Below are positions 17,055-20,000 of a stretch of 20,000 bases of DNA, piece after piece. The notes beneath the pieces are model-generated. The model was not told the origin of the DNA, made no database searches, and was given only the letters and a program-made list of their open reading frames with translations. Positions within the stretch are counted from its first letter, which is position 1. Each line of letters begins with the position of its first letter. The translations under genes were made by a program, and so were the position numbers. Source of the stretch: Kiritimatiellia bacterium (lineage in GTDB: Bacteria > Verrucomicrobiota > Kiritimatiellia > RFP12 > JBMNHG01); contig JBMNHG010000002.1 in the NCBI GenBank assembly GCA_050950285.1, forward strand, positions 1,061,680 through 1,081,679, written 5' to 3'.

Positions 17055-17124
17055 TTCCGCCCCGCGCGGCCGCGAGAACCCGCGCCCGCCGCACCCCCGA
17101 TCCCACCACCCCCTCCCCCTTCCC

Positions 17125-18846
17125 ATGAACGAGCCCGTCCCCTCCGACACCAGCCGCCACTTCATCCGCCAGCTCATCGAGCAGGACATCGCCGCAGGGC
17201 TCCCGCCCGAGCAGGTGGTCACCCGCTTCCCGCCCGAACCGAACGGCTACCTCCACATCGGCCACGCCAAGGCCATCTGCGTGGACTTCGGCATGGCGCA
17301 GGAGTTCGGCGGAAGCTGCTACCTCCGCATGGACGACACCAATCCGTCCAAGGAAAGCGACGAATACGCCGAAAGCATCCAGCGCGACATCCAGTGGCTC
17401 GGCTTCCAGTGGACCGGACCCGTCCGCTACGGCTCGAACTACTTCGATACGATGCACGAAATCGCCGTCCGGCTGATCGAGCGGGGACAGGCCTATGTCT
17501 GCGACCTCTCGCAGGAGGAATGGAAGCAATACCGCGGCATCCCCACCGAGCCCGGCACGCCCAGCCCCTACCGCGACCGCTCGCCGGAGGAAAACCTCGA
17601 CCTCTTCCGCCGCATGGCCCAAGGCGAATTCCCCGACGGTTCCCGCTGCCTGCGCGCGAAGATCGACATGGCCTCGCCGAACATCCACTTCCGCGACCCC
17701 GTGATCTACCGCATCCTCTCCGCGACACACTACCACCTCGGCGACACCTGGCGCATCTACCCGATGTACGACTTCGCCCACCCCATCGAAGACGCGGTCG
17801 AGGGCGTGACCCATTCCCTCTGCACCCTCGAATTCGAAGTGCATCGCCCGCTCTACGACTGGGTGATCGACCGCATGGACGAAATGGGGATGCTCGTCGA
17901 GCGCGACGGCATCCGGATCCGCCCGAAACAGCGCGAATTCGCCCGCCTGAACCTCGACTACACGGTGATGAGCAAGCGGAAGCTGCTCCTGCTCGTGGAA
18001 GACGGCCTCGTGGAGGGCTGGGACGACCCGCGCATGCCCACGATCTGCGGAATGCGCCGCCGCGGATACCCCGCCGCCGCCATCCGCGAATTCTGCGATC
18101 GCATCGGCGTGTCGAAATTCGAAAGCGCCACCGAATTCGCCCTCCTGGAGCACTGCGTGCGCGACGAATTGAACCGCACCGCACGCCGCCGCATGGCCGT
18201 GCTCGATCCCGTCCGCGTGGTGATCGACAACTACCCCGAAGACCGGGAACAGTTCTTCGACGCCCAGGAAAACCCCGAGGATCCCGCCGCCGGAAGCCGC
18301 AAGGTGCCCTTCTCGCGCGAACTCTACATCGAGGCCGCCGACTTCATGGAGAATCCGCCCGGGAAGTTCTTCCGCCTCGCACCGGGACAGGAGGTGCGCC
18401 TCCGCTACGCCTGCCTCGTGCGATGCACCTCCGTGGACAAAAACCCCGACGGCTCCATCGCCACCATCCACTGCACCTACGACCCGCAGTCGCTCGGGCG
18501 GAACCGCGCCCGACGGACGCAAGGTGAGGGGCACCATCCACTGGTGTCAGCACCAGGCATGCGGTCAAACTCCCCGTGCGCCTGTACGACCGCCTCTTCA
18601 GCGTGCCGGACCCCGATGGCGACGCCACCCGCGACTTCCGCGAGTTCCTGAACCCCGGACTCGTGCCAGGAAACGGCCTGCTTCGCCGAACCCGCCCTGG
18701 CCGAGACGCCCGCCGGCGAGGTGGTGCAGTTCGAACGCCTCGGCTACTTCTGCGCCGACAGCGTCGAGTCCAAACCCGGTGCGCCCGTCTTCAACCGGAC
18801 CTCCACCCTCAGGGACTCCTGGAGCAAAGTCGCCGCGACCTATTGA
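17125..18846 (+). CDS. glnS: Glutamine--tRNA ligase; frame broken by four single-base indels at 18496-18656, most likely sequence errors
   Basis: [34 protein letters not shown]. The C-terminal motifs [24 protein letters not shown] and FNRT fall in different frames; last stop TGA at 18844-18846. Confidence 0.9.
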
Positions 18847-19140
18847 TTTGCGCGCCGGTCACCCGTGCAAGGGCATTTTCATAAACGGCTTTGGTTCCCC
18901 TCCGAAGCAATTGCGCCTCATCGCCACCCCTGGCTGCGACATCCGACATCGCATATGCGTCCAGTAAAGCTGTGGCAACTGCTTTACCCTAACCCGAAGT
19001 TCCAGCGGCTCTTTCATGCCCGAAACGGCCATATTTTCTTGATTTAGCGGCATTCCGGCACCCCTAAGGCAGCAAAATCCGTTCCATTTGCGCCCATGTA
19101 ATTGTTAATAACTTTTTTTGACGAAATACCATTTTTACGC

Positions 19141-19169
19141 TTGCATGAGACTGAAAGGTCTGCTAAATT
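19141..19169 (+). promoter_or_regulatory. Candidate transposase promoter, leaderless arrangement
   Basis: TTGCAT, 17 bp ending in TGC, TAAATT, then 6 nt to ATG 19176. Confidence 0.5.
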
Positions 19170-19175
19170 GAGCCC

Positions 19176-20000
19176 ATGTACATTGACATCGTGCCGAACC
19201 GCAAATCCCCGCCCGCAATCCTGCTGCGCGAGAGCTGCCGCGAGGGCGGGCGCACCGTCAAGCGCACGCTTGCCAACCTGTCGATGCTGCCGCCCGAGGC
19301 GGTGGCGGCGCTGCGCGCGGCGCTCAAGGGCGAGCATCTTGTGGAGGCCGAAAGCCTTTTCGAGGTCGAGTCATCCCTGCCATGCGGCCACGTCAGAGCC
19401 GTCCGCACGGCAATGAGCCGGCTCGGCATGCGGGATCTGGTGTCGTCCAAGCCCTGCCCGGAGCGCGACATCGTGCTGGCGATGATAGCCCAGCGCATAA
19501 TAGAGCCGGGCTCGAAGCTGGAGACGGTCTCCCTGTTCGGGGACTCCACGCTCGCGCAGGAGTTCGGCGTGCAGGACGTGGACGAGAACGACCTTTATGC
19601 GGCGATGGACTGGCTCGCGGCCCGCCAGCCCTTCATCGAGCGCAAGCTGGCCGGGCGGCACCTTGAAGAGGGGGCGACAGTCCTGTACGACGTGTCCAGC
19701 AGCTCATACTACGGCAAGCAATGCCCCCTGGCAAAGCGCGGCTACAACCGCGACGGCCTCAAGCTACCCGGCATCGTCTACGGGCTTATGACCGATACCG
19801 ACGGCAGGCCGGTCGCGGTGCGGGTGTATCCCGGCGACACCGCCGACCCGGTGACGGTGCCGGACCAGATCGACCGGCTGCGCGGCGGCTTCGGCATAGC
19901 GCGGTTCGTCTTCGTGGGTGACCGCGGCATGCTGACGAACACGCAGATCGACCGTCTGCGGCAGCAGGAGGGCTGCGGCTGGATATCCTGCCTGCGAAGC
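19176..20000 (+). CDS. IS1634-family DDE transposase, runs off the right edge
   Basis: Not in the ORF track; hand translation MYIDIVPNRKSPPAILLRES...KRTLANLS, LYAAMDWL, LYDVSSSSYYG, GYNRDG, VYPGDTAD, VGDRGM; open for 275 codons to the edge. Confidence 0.93.
   Translation, partial: MYIDIVPNRKSPPAILLRESCREGGRTVKRTLANLSMLPPEAVAALRAALKGEHLVEAESLFEVESSLPCGHVRAVRTAMSRLGMRDLVSSKPCPERDIVLAMIAQRIIEPGSKLETVSLFGDSTLAQEFGVQDVDENDLYAAMDWLAARQPFIERKLAGRHLEEGATVLYDVSSSSYYGKQCPLAKRGYNRDGLKLPGIVYGLMTDTDGRPVAVRVYPGDTADPVTVPDQIDRLRGGFGIARFVFVGDRGMLTNTQIDRLRQQEGCGWISCLRS

Larger units (their letters stand above)
18989..20000 (+). mobile_element. IS1634-family insertion sequence, left part; boundary approximate
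   Basis: Transposase from 19176, AT-richer leader, and candidate left end CTAACCCGAAGTTCC at 18989-19003, which resembles IS1634-type termini as I recall them. The right end is outside the window, so the terminus is unverified. Confidence 0.75.

Noticed and set aside
98..18537. Long overlapping track ORFs such as 98..1516, 954..3443, 4893..6953, 9580..11670, 10089..12761, 15597..17222 and 17044..18537
   Set aside because: Antisense or off-frame shadows of recognisable genes, expected at high GC, with no motifs of their own.
18496..18656. Programmed frameshifting in glnS
   Set aside because: Four successive shifts would be needed and there are no slippery heptamers; sequence error is simpler.

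Overview
High-GC bacterial chromosomal window; gene style suggests a PVC-superphylum organism such as Kiritimatiellota/Lentisphaerota (inference only). Left to right: a minus-strand pair (membrane vWA + GATase1-like protein, then a secreted alpha/beta hydrolase running off the left edge) behind a candidate sigma-54 promoter; a four-helix-bundle / C4 zinc-ribbon gene bracketed by two near-identical palindromic repeats; a 32-aa very basic ORF directly followed by tRNA-Cys(GCA); a TrmJ-type methyltransferase, a GT4 glycosyltransferase and rlmB; a GldA/GldF/GldG-like ABC cluster with DUF4340, MoxR and DUF58; a third SPOUT methyltransferase; a PurH-like protein lacking the N-terminal cyclohydrolase domain; glnS with four compensating single-base indels near its 3' end; and the start of an IS1634-family element. 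The most unusual element is the repeat-gene-repeat cassette at about 3651-4589, which has no recombinase or transposase of its own.
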